Source of the DNA: Minisyncoccota bacterium
GTDB lineage: Bacteria > Patescibacteriota > Minisyncoccia > Phycocordibacterales > Phycocordibacteraceae
Reading direction: 5' to 3'
Length of the DNA: 64,000 nt
Assembly: GCA_018062765.1 (NCBI GenBank)
Contig: JAGORR010000001.1
Span: forward strand, 356,930 to 420,929
Made by a program: the position numbers and the translations under genes. Below, in pieces: positions 55,488 through 64,000 of the stretch; position 1 is the stretch's first letter; every line of letters begins with the position of its first letter. A model generated the notes under the pieces. That model was not told where the DNA came from. It saw only the letters and a program-made list of their open reading frames with translations, and ran no database searches.

Positions 55488-55901
55488 ATGCGGCAGTTCG
55501 TTTCCATGTCACTCGTTCTCGGCACTCTCTGCCTTTGTCTCGGGCTCGTTGCCTGCGGCGGGGCCCCTGGCGAACGCACCGTTCGCCGCGAATACGACGC
55601 ACTCATCGACTCTGTGAAGAACGAGGTCGGCTGGGCGGTCACGAAAGAGTCGCCGCGTCTGGAGAATCACGGAAAGGCGTCGATCGTCGCCGACAACGGC
55701 AACGGGCGCTGGATCGTGAAGACCGACGAGACGATCGCGATCGAGTTCTGGGACAATACGTTCTCAGAGCCGTACGATCAGCTCGAGATTCGCGAGGACG
55801 GCACCTGCGGCGATACACCCCAGGTTTGCATGTTCTTCAAAACCGAAGAGCTCGAGCGCGTCTATCGCACGCTCGACGACATGCTCATACATCGGTCCTG
55901 A
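55488..55901 (+). CDS. Lipoprotein, hypothetical (lipobox LVAC)
   Basis: 137 aa; followed by terminator AACCTCCCC-tgcatatc-TGGGGAGGTT (55921-55947). Confidence 0.5.
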   Translation: MRQFVSMSLVLGTLCLCLGLVACGGAPGERTVRREYDALIDSVKNEVGWAVTKESPRLENHGKASIVADNGNGRWIVKTDETIAIEFWDNTFSEPYDQLEIREDGTCGDTPQVCMFFKTEELERVYRTLDDMLIHRS

Positions 55902-55975
55902 GGTCCAGTGCCGAACTTCCAACCTCCCCTGCATATCTGGGGAGGTTTCGTTTATATATTGCTATCATTCAGGTA

Positions 55976-57004
55976 ATGCCTCTGGCGCTCTTGTTCTTCG
56001 TGTCTTATGTCATCCTAGCCGCCGTAGCTGCTGGCTCGGTCTGGTACTCGGTCATGGTGCAGGGCCATCCGCTATACGAGGCCGGTTCTACCGCTGTTGC
56101 CGCGGTCATCGTCCTTGCGCCGCTTTTCATATACTTATGGCTCACGATTGCGAAGCCGATGCGCGCTCTGAGAAGGGCGATGGCTGCATTCGCACAGGAC
56201 GGCACGCGACTCCCGTTCACGGTCCCGTCCTCCGCGCCGACAGATGTACGCTCATTGGCGCAATCGCTCTCAGCCTTGATCGAGGGCGTCGAGAAGCTGC
56301 ACAAGCGAGATGCGGAAGTGTCCCGCGTGAAGTCCGATTTCATCTCGACAGCCGCCCATCAGCTCCGGACCCCTTTGACCGGCATCCGCTGGGCGCTTGA
56401 AGCCCTAGAGAAGGACAACATCACGGAGGAACAGCGCTCCCTGGTAAAGAGCGCGACGGATAAGAGTCATGAGCTCGTCGCTATCGTCGGGACCCTGCTC
56501 GACATCTCTTCCATCGAATCAGGGAAGTACAAGTACAAGTTCGAGCTGGTGAATATCGATGCGCTTGCGGCCGAGGTCATCGCGGATCTGAAGCCACTCG
56601 CTGAGATGCGGAGCGTGTCATTGTCCCTGATGCACGCGACCGTCGCTGTGCCGAGCGTGAACGCGGACCGAGAGCGTATGAAGTGGGTCGTAACGAACCT
56701 CATCGAGAACGCAATACGGTACACGCCCTCCGGCGGAAGCGTTACCGCGGCGATGGACGTAGCTCCCGGCCGGGTGTACCTCATGGTGCGCGACACCGGC
56801 ATAGGCATCGCGCCAGAGGACAAGGGGAACATCTTCGAACGCTTCTATCGCGCGCAGAACGCGGTGGCCAAAGAGAATCAGGGCAACGGACTCGGTCTCT
56901 ATATCGCCCGCACCATCGCGACCGACCACGGCGGAGACCTGAATTTCACCCAGAACAAGGAGGGGCCAGGAACGACTTTCACCCTCTCCTTGCCGGCCGC
57001 ATAG
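55976..57004 (+). CDS. Sensor histidine kinase (two TM helices, HisKA, HATPase_c)
   Basis: H-box SDFISTAAHQLRTPLT, N-box NLIENAIRYT, G-boxes DTGIGI / GNGLGL; start set at MPLALLFF, because the upstream part of the track ORF is a different-frame artefact over the lipoprotein gene. Confidence 0.8.
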   Translation: MPLALLFFVSYVILAAVAAGSVWYSVMVQGHPLYEAGSTAVAAVIVLAPLFIYLWLTIAKPMRALRRAMAAFAQDGTRLPFTVPSSAPTDVRSLAQSLSALIEGVEKLHKRDAEVSRVKSDFISTAAHQLRTPLTGIRWALEALEKDNITEEQRSLVKSATDKSHELVAIVGTLLDISSIESGKYKYKFELVNIDALAAEVIADLKPLAEMRSVSLSLMHATVAVPSVNADRERMKWVVTNLIENAIRYTPSGGSVTAAMDVAPGRVYLMVRDTGIGIAPEDKGNIFERFYRAQNAVAKENQGNGLGLYIARTIATDHGGDLNFTQNKEGPGTTFTLSLPAA

Positions 57005-57023
57005 CCGTGCTATCCTAGCCTCC

Positions 57024-57404
57024 ATGACCGACACCAAATTCCTCCTCGTCGTCGAGGACGACCCCATCCTTAAGAACCTCCTAGGGCATACGTTTGCGGG
57101 GAAGTACCAGACCCTGTACGCATCCGACGGTAACGAGGCTATGTCGCTCTTCGAGCAATACCGGCCTGCTATGGTCCTTCTCGACCTCATGCTCCCAGCG
57201 ATGGACGGATTCGCCGTTCTCGAGACTATCCGCAAGCGACCGGATGAGGCAGGGAAGACGCCTATCATCGTCGTTTCGAATCTCGGACAGGAGAAAGATA
57301 AAGAGCGCGCGAAACAGCTTGGTGCTACCGAGTACCTGGTGAAGGCGGAGAATTCCGTGGAGGAGATAGTCGCACGGATGGAGAAGGTGCTCGGTTCTGC
57401 GTAA
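57024..57404 (+). CDS. Stand-alone response-regulator receiver domain (CheY-like)
   Basis: LLVVEDD...LDLMLP (phospho-acceptor Asp)...VVSNLG...K; 126 aa with no output domain. Confidence 0.8.
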   Translation: MTDTKFLLVVEDDPILKNLLGHTFAGKYQTLYASDGNEAMSLFEQYRPAMVLLDLMLPAMDGFAVLETIRKRPDEAGKTPIIVVSNLGQEKDKERAKQLGATEYLVKAENSVEEIVARMEKVLGSA

Positions 57405-57649
57405 CGGTACTGCAGCAGGTGCATATACGGAGTACACGTCAGCTCCTCCAGCGAGGAGCTGCGACTCTCTCGGCCTAGCAAATCCGCTCGCAGCTGCCCT
57501 ACAGCTCGCGGATTGCCATGCTGCTGCGGCCTGCGACGCCTCCTCCTGTGCACCTGCTTCCGTCACCTTCTATGTCAATCCTCGCTAGGAAAGGGTCGAT
57601 TTGATAGTATGTCTGGTGACCCTGTGCCTCCATGCGCGGGCGCAAATCT

Positions 57650-60298
57650 ATGGCAAGCAAGGCAAAAAAGGACGAGCATCACGCACGGGGAGCTGATTGG
57701 CTCACCGTTAAGGGTGCGCGTACCCATAACCTCAAGAACATATCGGTAAAGATGCCTCGTGGCGCGATGAGCGTCATCACAGGACTCTCCGGCTCCGGAA
57801 AGTCTTCTCTCGCTTTCGATACGATATTCGCCGAAGGGCAGCGTCGCTACGTCGAGTCGCTCTCCGCGTACGCGCGCCAATTCCTCAATCAGATGGGGAA
57901 GCCGGATGTTGACGAGATTACCGGCCTCTCGCCCGCTATTTCCATAGATCAGAAGAGTCGCTCGAATAACCCGCGCTCGACGGTGGCGACCATCACCGAG
58001 ATTTACGACTACCTGCGCGTCCTTTATGCGCGCGCGGGGCAGCCCTACTGCGTGAATCACGACGTACCCATCGTGAAGCTTTCAAAAGAGGAGATGGTGA
58101 AGATCGTCATGATGCGCCTTTCCGCCAGAGGCGAAGCTGGAGGCAAGGAGAAGGTGATGGGAGTTGCGGTCGATGCGCGGCAGGTAGCCGTTATGGCGCC
58201 GGTCGTTGTTGGTCGCAAGGGAGAGTACTACCAGCTTCTCTACGACCTCTTGGGTAAGGGTTACGAAAAAGTCGTAGTCGACGGAAAGACGCAGTCCTTG
58301 CGCGAGAAGATCGTGCTCGATCGGAACAAGCGGCATGACATCGACGCTCTGGTCGATACTATTTACCTTTCGGAATTCGAGAAGAACCCGAGCGCCGCGC
58401 GTGAGCGCCTGTCGGAAGCGCTTGAACTCGCGCTTAAGGAAGCGGACGGTCTGGTAAAGATTCGCCACGCAGACGGTACGACCGAGACCCTATCCTCGAA
58501 ATTCATCTGTCCAGAGGACGGTGCCTCGTTCCCTGAAGTCGAGCCTCGTCTGTTCTCGTTCAATAGTCCGTATGGTGCATGTCCCATATGTAACGGACTC
58601 GGTACCGAGTCTCTTTTCTCAGATGAGGTTTGCTCTACGTGCGAGGGAGCGCGCCTGCGTCCCGAAGCGCTCCGTGTCTTCCTGAAGGGTAAGGTCAAAA
58701 AGGGTGAAAACCCGCTTGGAAAGAACATTGTCGACTTCACGTCGATGTCGATACGCGACGCGAAGGAATTCGTCGACTCCTTGGAGTTCTCGGAACTGAA
58801 GACAGAGATCGCCGCGCCTATCGTCCGCGAAATAGACGGACGCCTGAAGTTCATGCTTGATGTCGGCCTTGATTACCTCTCGCTCTCGCGCACCGCGGCG
58901 ACGTTATCTGGTGGCGAGGCGCAGCGTATCCGTTTGGCGTCACAGCTTGGCACCGGTCTTGTGGGCGCACTCTATGTGCTTGATGAGCCCACTATAGGTC
59001 TTCATCAGCGCGATAACGACCGACTCATAAAGACCTTGGTATCTCTTAAGGAGCTCGGGAACACCATCATCGTCGTTGAGCACGACGAGGACACTATTTA
59101 CGCATCTGATTACCTCATCGATATCGGACCAGGAGCCGGAACCCATGGCGGGCAGGTAGTGGTCTCCGGCTGGCTTGAAGATCTCTTAACCGCAAAGACG
59201 AACGAAAGCGGGTCATCAACGCTTGCGTATCTTCGAGAGGAGAACGAGATTCCGGTTCCGGAGGAACGTCGCACAAGCGAGAAGGGAGCCATTAAGATCC
59301 GCGGCGCGACTCTGCATAACCTCGTGAATCAGAATGTTGATATTCCGCTTGGAAAGCTCGTGGGTATCACCGGCGTATCGGGCTCCGGGAAGTCTACGTT
59401 TCTGTATGACGTGCTTCATAAGAACGTCGCTGCAAAGTACTCAAGGCGTCAGTCTGAGGCGGTGCACGCGGCAAGCATTACCGGCACGGAGTACCTTTCC
59501 CGTGTCGTTCTCATTGACCAGTCCGCGATAGGCCGTACGCCACGCTCTAACCCCGCGACCTATACGGGCGCGTTTACGCACATACGCGATCTGTTCTCGG
59601 CGACGCCCGAGGCACGCGCACGCGGATGGAAGCCAGGCCGGTTCTCGTTCAACGTTCCGGGTGGCCGCTGCGAGGCATGCCAGGGCAACGGCATGGTAGC
59701 GGTGGAGATGCACTTCCTGCCGACCGTCTATGTCGTGTGTGACGTATGCGAGGGAAAGCGATTCATGAAAGAGACCCTAGACGTCACCTTCCGCGGTAAG
59801 AACATCCACGAAGTGCTCGGGCTCACCATCGAGGACGCGGTGGCGTTCTTCAAGGATATTCCGGCAATCGAGGATCGTCTCGCGACCTTGGTATCTACGG
59901 GACTCGGATACCTCACGCTGGGGCAGTCCGCGACAACGCTGTCCGGAGGCGAGGCGCAGCGCGTGAAGATTGCCACGGAGTTCTATCGTCCTATCACGAT
60001 GAAGACGCTTTACTTGCTTGATGAGCCAACGGTGGGGCTTCATTACGATGACGTACGCCGCCTCGTCGAGATCCTCCAGGAATTGGTACGACGCGGAAAC
60101 ACCGTAGTCGTCATCGAGCATAACCTCGACGTCATCAAGTGCGCTGACTACCTCATCGACTTCGGTCCTGAGGGTGGCGCCGGTGGCGGGAAGGTCGTCG
60201 CTAGAGGAACGCCGGAGGAAGTTTCCAATACTGAAGGCTCTCATACCGGCTACTACCTCAAGAAGGTCCTTGCTCGCAAAATAAAGCGGCCCAAGTAA
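57650..60298 (+). CDS. uvrA: Excinuclease ABC subunit A
   Basis: Two ABC ATPase modules ([10 protein letters not shown] and GVSGSGKST) and Zn-finger CxxC pairs; an alternative start 18 nt upstream at 57632. Confidence 0.9.
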   Translation: MASKAKKDEHHARGADWLTVKGARTHNLKNISVKMPRGAMSVITGLSGSGKSSLAFDTIFAEGQRRYVESLSAYARQFLNQMGKPDVDEITGLSPAISIDQKSRSNNPRSTVATITEIYDYLRVLYARAGQPYCVNHDVPIVKLSKEEMVKIVMMRLSARGEAGGKEKVMGVAVDARQVAVMAPVVVGRKGEYYQLLYDLLGKGYEKVVVDGKTQSLREKIVLDRNKRHDIDALVDTIYLSEFEKNPSAARERLSEALELALKEADGLVKIRHADGTTETLSSKFICPEDGASFPEVEPRLFSFNSPYGACPICNGLGTESLFSDEVCSTCEGARLRPEALRVFLKGKVKKGENPLGKNIVDFTSMSIRDAKEFVDSLEFSELKTEIAAPIVREIDGRLKFMLDVGLDYLSLSRTAATLSGGEAQRIRLASQLGTGLVGALYVLDEPTIGLHQRDNDRLIKTLVSLKELGNTIIVVEHDEDTIYASDYLIDIGPGAGTHGGQVVVSGWLEDLLTAKTNESGSSTLAYLREENEIPVPEERRTSEKGAIKIRGATLHNLVNQNVDIPLGKLVGITGVSGSGKSTFLYDVLHKNVAAKYSRRQSEAVHAASITGTEYLSRVVLIDQSAIGRTPRSNPATYTGAFTHIRDLFSATPEARARGWKPGRFSFNVPGGRCEACQGNGMVAVEMHFLPTVYVVCDVCEGKRFMKETLDVTFRGKNIHEVLGLTIEDAVAFFKDIPAIEDRLATLVSTGLGYLTLGQSATTLSGGEAQRVKIATEFYRPITMKTLYLLDEPTVGLHYDDVRRLVEILQELVRRGNTVVVIEHNLDVIKCADYLIDFGPEGGAGGGKVVARGTPEEVSNTEGSHTGYYLKKVLARKIKRPK

Positions 60299-60409
60299 TC
60301 GGACAGACTAAGGTGCGAAGTAGAAAACGACTGTTGGTGTTGCGCAAGGCGCTCGGAAGCTGCTAGTCTTAAATCTTCAGAAGCTCTCCATACGAAAAGG
60401 ACCTGTGCG

Positions 60410-60913
60410 ATGAAGGGAACTCGAACGCTAGAAGAACTCCTCGAGCGACACAAGATGCCGAAGCGTCCGCGCTGGGATGCGGAGCGGCCGCTGTACTACG
60501 TGCAACCGACTCCTCCCAAGGATTGCGGGCCGTGGAAGATGAACCGATGGTTCCCCACGGTGAATTCGATATGCGAGCCGTTGCTCGGGCACAGCGTGCG
60601 CGACCGAGCGACAGGGAAGATCGACGGAGTACGCTACCCGCCCATGGCCGCGAAGTACCGGATGTATCGCGAGGCGCTCGAGCTTGTAGCCGTAACCGGC
60701 AACCGTTCGGAACTCCTTACGATAGCCGTCTATCGCCGGAACGTGAGCCTCGGGAATCTCGAGCTCGACAAGCTCCTGGTGGCGCTCGGCGACCGGTTTG
60801 CGGATACGCCCTGGGAACTCATACAGGTGCGTATGCCGCACGGCACGTGGGTGGAGGCCCAGTGCATGCTGCGCGCGAACGAAGCGCGAGCCGTACTCAT
60901 CGCTGCCCAATAG
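60410..60913 (+). CDS. Hypothetical protein between uvrA and uvrC
   Basis: 167 aa; no recognisable motif. Confidence 0.35.
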   Translation: MKGTRTLEELLERHKMPKRPRWDAERPLYYVQPTPPKDCGPWKMNRWFPTVNSICEPLLGHSVRDRATGKIDGVRYPPMAAKYRMYREALELVAVTGNRSELLTIAVYRRNVSLGNLELDKLLVALGDRFADTPWELIQVRMPHGTWVEAQCMLRANEARAVLIAAQ

Positions 60914-60980
60914 ACCGCGAACCCGACCTAGGTTGGGTTCGCTTCTTTCCAATGACCGATTGAGCGCGTACGATTTACCC

Positions 60981-62279
60981 ATGATTCGCGACGACCTCAA
61001 GAAATTCGACCTTCCGGATGTCCCTGGGGTCTATCTCTTTTCCGCGGGGAAGGGGTCAGCGAAGCGCATTCTCTACGTAGGAAAGGCGACGTCCTTGCGG
61101 GATCGCGTGCGTTCCTATTTCGATGACGACCTTATTGCGACCCGGGGCCCGCGGCTTGTCGATATGGTGACGAAGGCGGACCGGGTGTCGTTTGAAACGA
61201 CGCCCACCGTGCTTGAGGCGCTGGTGCGCGAGGCTGCACTCATACGCGAGTATCTGCCGCCGGCCAATAGCGAGGGCAAGGATGATAAGTCGTTCCTGTA
61301 CGCGGTGGTAACCGATGAGGATGTGCCTCGTGTGCTCCCAGTGCGCGCTACCGCTATTGATATGGCTGCGAAGACGATATCCGAGCCGCAGGAAGTGGGC
61401 GTACGGAGCATTCACGGACCGTTTACCTCCGGGTACCAGCTTCGAACCGGCCTTGGCCTCATACGGAAGATATTTCCGTTTTTTGATACGGCGCAGCCAA
61501 TCATCCTGGTCGATGGACGGACGACGCTCGCGACCACCAATAAGCATCAGAAGGCGAAAGTAGAATTTAACAGGCAGATAGGTCAGTACCCGCGCGAGTT
61601 CGATCGGAAGTCCTACATGCGCTCGATACGGAACATCGAGCTATTTCTCTCCGGCGAGACGAAGGCGCTCCGGCGCAAGCTCGAAAAGTATATGAAGGAA
61701 GCGGCGGACGAGGAGCGCTTCGAGGATGCAGGCGAGGCGCGCCGGCAGCTATTCTCGCTCGACCACATACAGGATGTGTCGCTCATCAAGGCGGAGCGCA
61801 CGGAAGACAAGGCGTCTCCGCGTATAGAGGCATACGACACCGCGCATATCTCTGGTACGAATGCGATAGGCGTTATGACGGTTCTCGACTCAGGGCTCCC
61901 GGTAAAGCGGGACTATCGCACTTTCCGCATACGCGGGAAAGGCGGGAAGTCCCTAAACGATGACATCGCCTCCATGCGCGAGATCCTCGCGCGCCGCTTC
62001 AATCACCCGGAATGGCCGTACCCGCGCGCTATCGTGGTGGATGGCGGAAAGACGCATAGGAAGCAGGCAGAGTCGCTTCTCGCGGAGCTCGGCATAGGTA
62101 TCCCGGTACTCGCAGTCGTAAAGGACGAGCGCCACCGCCCGCGCGAGGTGCTCGGGATGAAGCCGGGATTTGCCGAGCAGGGCATTACTCCGGCGGATGC
62201 GGTGCTCGCAAATAGTGAAGCACATCGCTTCTCCCTGCGGCGCCATCGCGAAGCGCGCTCAAGAAGCCTGCGCAAGTAA
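60981..62279 (+). CDS. uvrC: Excinuclease ABC subunit C (short, 432 aa)
   Basis: N-terminal GIY-YIG (PGVYLF...YVGKA) and a UvrBC-like region; C-terminus shorter than canonical UvrC. Confidence 0.75.
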   Translation: MIRDDLKKFDLPDVPGVYLFSAGKGSAKRILYVGKATSLRDRVRSYFDDDLIATRGPRLVDMVTKADRVSFETTPTVLEALVREAALIREYLPPANSEGKDDKSFLYAVVTDEDVPRVLPVRATAIDMAAKTISEPQEVGVRSIHGPFTSGYQLRTGLGLIRKIFPFFDTAQPIILVDGRTTLATTNKHQKAKVEFNRQIGQYPREFDRKSYMRSIRNIELFLSGETKALRRKLEKYMKEAADEERFEDAGEARRQLFSLDHIQDVSLIKAERTEDKASPRIEAYDTAHISGTNAIGVMTVLDSGLPVKRDYRTFRIRGKGGKSLNDDIASMREILARRFNHPEWPYPRAIVVDGGKTHRKQAESLLAELGIGIPVLAVVKDERHRPREVLGMKPGFAEQGITPADAVLANSEAHRFSLRRHREARSRSLRK

Positions 62280-62402
62280 AAGAGTATTCCCGTTTGCGTA
62301 TGAGTTGCCTCGGGTGCTAGCTGCCCTGGTTGGTCGTGCGTTGCCCGGCAGCGCGTATCAAGCAGCCCGCTTCAGAACTTCTCTTTCCTCCTTACTTTCA
62401 CT

Positions 62403-62440
62403 TGCTCCATCCCGGTGCCTATAGGCACCGGGATGGAGCA
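62403..62440. repeat. 38-bp perfect palindrome TGCTCCATCCCGGTGCC-TATA-GGCACCGGGATGGAGCA (copy 2 of 2)
   Basis: Same element as 5988-6025, with a symmetric compensatory change. Confidence 0.8.
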
Positions 62441-62557
62441 ATGCATAAATAGGGCATATATGTGCGAGTCATACATACACGAGCGGTACATATGATGCGG
62501 TGGGAGTTGAAATGGTGTGCTGAAACTTGAGTGCAGGAGCTGCGTTATACTTTGCAT

Positions 62558-63526
62558 ATGCAAGGCACGGTAGTAGGAGTTCTGCGCGGCGGCCCGTCTC
62601 GCGAGCATGAGGTATCGCTTAAGTCAGGCGCTGCAATGCTCGCGCATCTGCCCGCTGATCACTACACCGTCCGCGACCTCTATATAGACAAGCGGGGAGT
62701 CTGGCATGACCGCGGGAGGGAAGTAGAGCCCATGAATGCGCTACGTTCCATCGATGTCGCCCTCTTGGGACTTCACGGGGAGTACGGAGAAGACGGACAG
62801 GTGCAGCGCCTTTTGGAGAATGCCGGGGTGCCCTATGCGGGGTCAGACTCCTTCTCTTCGCATGTAGCGATGCACAAGGCGATGACGAAGCACAGAGCGC
62901 GCGAGGCGGGCTTCCAGCTTGCGCGCGACGTGTACATCGAATCGGTAGACGGGGTGGAGGCCGGGGTGCATGACGCGATACGCGCATTTCATCAGCCGGT
63001 CGTGGTAAAGCCTGTGGGCTGGGGCTCGTCGGTGGGTGTTTCCATAGTTGCGGGTTATCAGCCTGTGCACGATGTCGTTGTGACCTTGTTTGAGGAGGGG
63101 GCTTCAGGTGTCCTTATCGAGGAACGCATCGTTGGTACAGAAGCGACTGTAGGAGTGGTCGAGAATCTTCGTGGAGAGGAGTTGTACCTATTGCCCGCAA
63201 TCGAAATCGTGCCACCACCACGCGACTTTTTTTCATACGACGCTAAATACTCGGGTTCTTCAAACGAGGTTTGCCCAGGACGCTTCTCTTCGGACGTGTC
63301 AGCGGAGTTGCGACGTCTCGCAGGCGAGGCGCACCGCATTCTAGGACTACGTCACTACTCGCGGTCTGACTTCATCGTGGCGCCCTCGGGCATTTACTAT
63401 CTTGAGACGAATACGCTCCCCGGCCTGACTTCCGAGTCACTCATGCCAAAGGGTCTTGCTGCCGTCGGCGTGTCGTTCCCTGAGTTCCTCCATCACCTCG
63501 TCGGGCTCGCAAAGCATGCGGTATGA
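62558..63526 (+). CDS. ddl: D-alanine--D-alanine ligase
   Basis: ATP-grasp ligase pattern (GxxGEDG, HGxxGEDGxxQ-like, C-terminal NxxPG); start at MQGTVVGVL. Confidence 0.8.
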   Translation: MQGTVVGVLRGGPSREHEVSLKSGAAMLAHLPADHYTVRDLYIDKRGVWHDRGREVEPMNALRSIDVALLGLHGEYGEDGQVQRLLENAGVPYAGSDSFSSHVAMHKAMTKHRAREAGFQLARDVYIESVDGVEAGVHDAIRAFHQPVVVKPVGWGSSVGVSIVAGYQPVHDVVVTLFEEGASGVLIEERIVGTEATVGVVENLRGEELYLLPAIEIVPPPRDFFSYDAKYSGSSNEVCPGRFSSDVSAELRRLAGEAHRILGLRHYSRSDFIVAPSGIYYLETNTLPGLTSESLMPKGLAAVGVSFPEFLHHLVGLAKHAV

Positions 63527-63852
63527 GCGAGCTCGCTAGGCGCAAGTGCGTTCCGTGCGAGGGGGATTTCCCTGCGCTTACGAAGGCGCAGGCAGGGGAT
63601 TTCCTCCCGCATGTTCCGGGTTGGGAAATGAACGTAGAAGCCAAGGAGATTTCGCGAGACTATACGTTCCCGGACTTTGCCGAAGCGCTCGCATTCGTCG
63701 ACAAGGTCGGTGCGCTTGCAGAGGAGGAAGGTCACCACCCCGATATTGTCTTGTCCTGGGGAAAGGTCGGCATCCGCCTTTCCACCCATGCTGTGAAGGG
63801 CCTCTCCGAGAACGACTTCATTCTCGCAGCCAAAATCGATCTACTCGACTAG
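63523..63852 (+). CDS. Pterin-4a-carbinolamine dehydratase (PCD/DCoH)
   Basis: EEEGHHPD active-site motif; 109 aa; ATGA overlap with ddl. Confidence 0.8.
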   Translation: MSELARRKCVPCEGDFPALTKAQAGDFLPHVPGWEMNVEAKEISRDYTFPDFAEALAFVDKVGALAEEEGHHPDIVLSWGKVGIRLSTHAVKGLSENDFILAAKIDLLD

Positions 63853-63913
63853 TGGTGAAAAGGGGTTGGCGAGAAAACGGCGATAGGGTAAAGTTCTACC
63901 TGTCCCTATATAT

Positions 63914-63986
63914 GGGCCGTTAGCTCAGTTGGTAGAGCACCTCATTTGCAATGAGGGGGTCGCAGGTTCGAATCCTGTACGGTCCA
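63914..63986 (+). tRNA. tRNA-Ala (anticodon TGC)
   Basis: Acceptor GGGCCGT/ACGGTCC (G3-U70 present), D arm GCTC-AGTTGGTA-GAGC, anticodon loop TTTGCAA, T arm GCAGG-TTCGAAT-CCTGT. Confidence 0.85.
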
Positions 63987-64000
63987 CAATCAGCCAGGCG

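Noticed and set aside
57448-57517. LexA/SOS box upstream of uvrA
   Set aside because: Two strong hairpins are present, but there is no CTGT-N8-ACAG or CGAACRNRYGTTCG-type motif. I cannot support an SOS operator from sequence alone.

Overview
This 64 kb window is gene-dense and high-GC, and appears to come from a reduced bacterial genome. Its content resembles CPR/Patescibacteria: several housekeeping proteins are unusually short (IF-2, UvrC, DnaX), and there are many TrbC/VirB2-type small two-helix pilin paralogs. The lineage call is inference from the protein set, not a search result.

Housekeeping genes I recognise from the translations:
- gyrA, rbfA-infB, an IscS/NifS-like cysteine desulfurase, clpB, and an rpmG that the >=60-aa ORF track missed.
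- miaA, a peroxiredoxin, a pyrE-like PRTase, pyrF, parB, rel (RelA/SpoT), topA, dprA, serS, an ftsQ-like gene, dus, dnaX.
- tgt, uvrB, uvrA, uvrC, ddl and a pterin-4a-carbinolamine dehydratase.

I folded eight tRNAs by hand: Lys-CTT, Leu-TAG, Leu-TAA, Cys-GCA, Trp-CCA, Leu-CAA, Gln-TTG and Ala-TGC.

The most unusual items:
1. A ~125-150 nt structured repeat family sits immediately downstream of, and co-oriented with, two different tRNA-Leu genes, with two copies at each locus. The copies have tRNA-3'-end-like termini and a conserved AGCA-looped hairpin whose stem covaries completely among the four copies.
2. There are two pilin-type loci. One is a tandem array of five small TrbC/VirB2-like paralogs. 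The other holds two larger pilin-domain fusions, one of them fused to an M15 (VanY-like) D-Ala-D-Ala peptidase domain.
3. A VirB4/TraD/HerA-like P-loop ATPase is followed by a 1267-aa low-complexity giant protein.
4. A 38-bp perfect palindrome occurs twice, at 5988 and 62403, with a symmetric compensatory change between the two copies.
5. uvrB, uvrA and uvrC are clustered on one strand, interrupted by a lipoprotein gene, a two-component system and a hypothetical gene.
6. A lipoprotein paralog is disrupted by an in-frame TAG.

No rRNA, CRISPR array, integrase or transposase was found.
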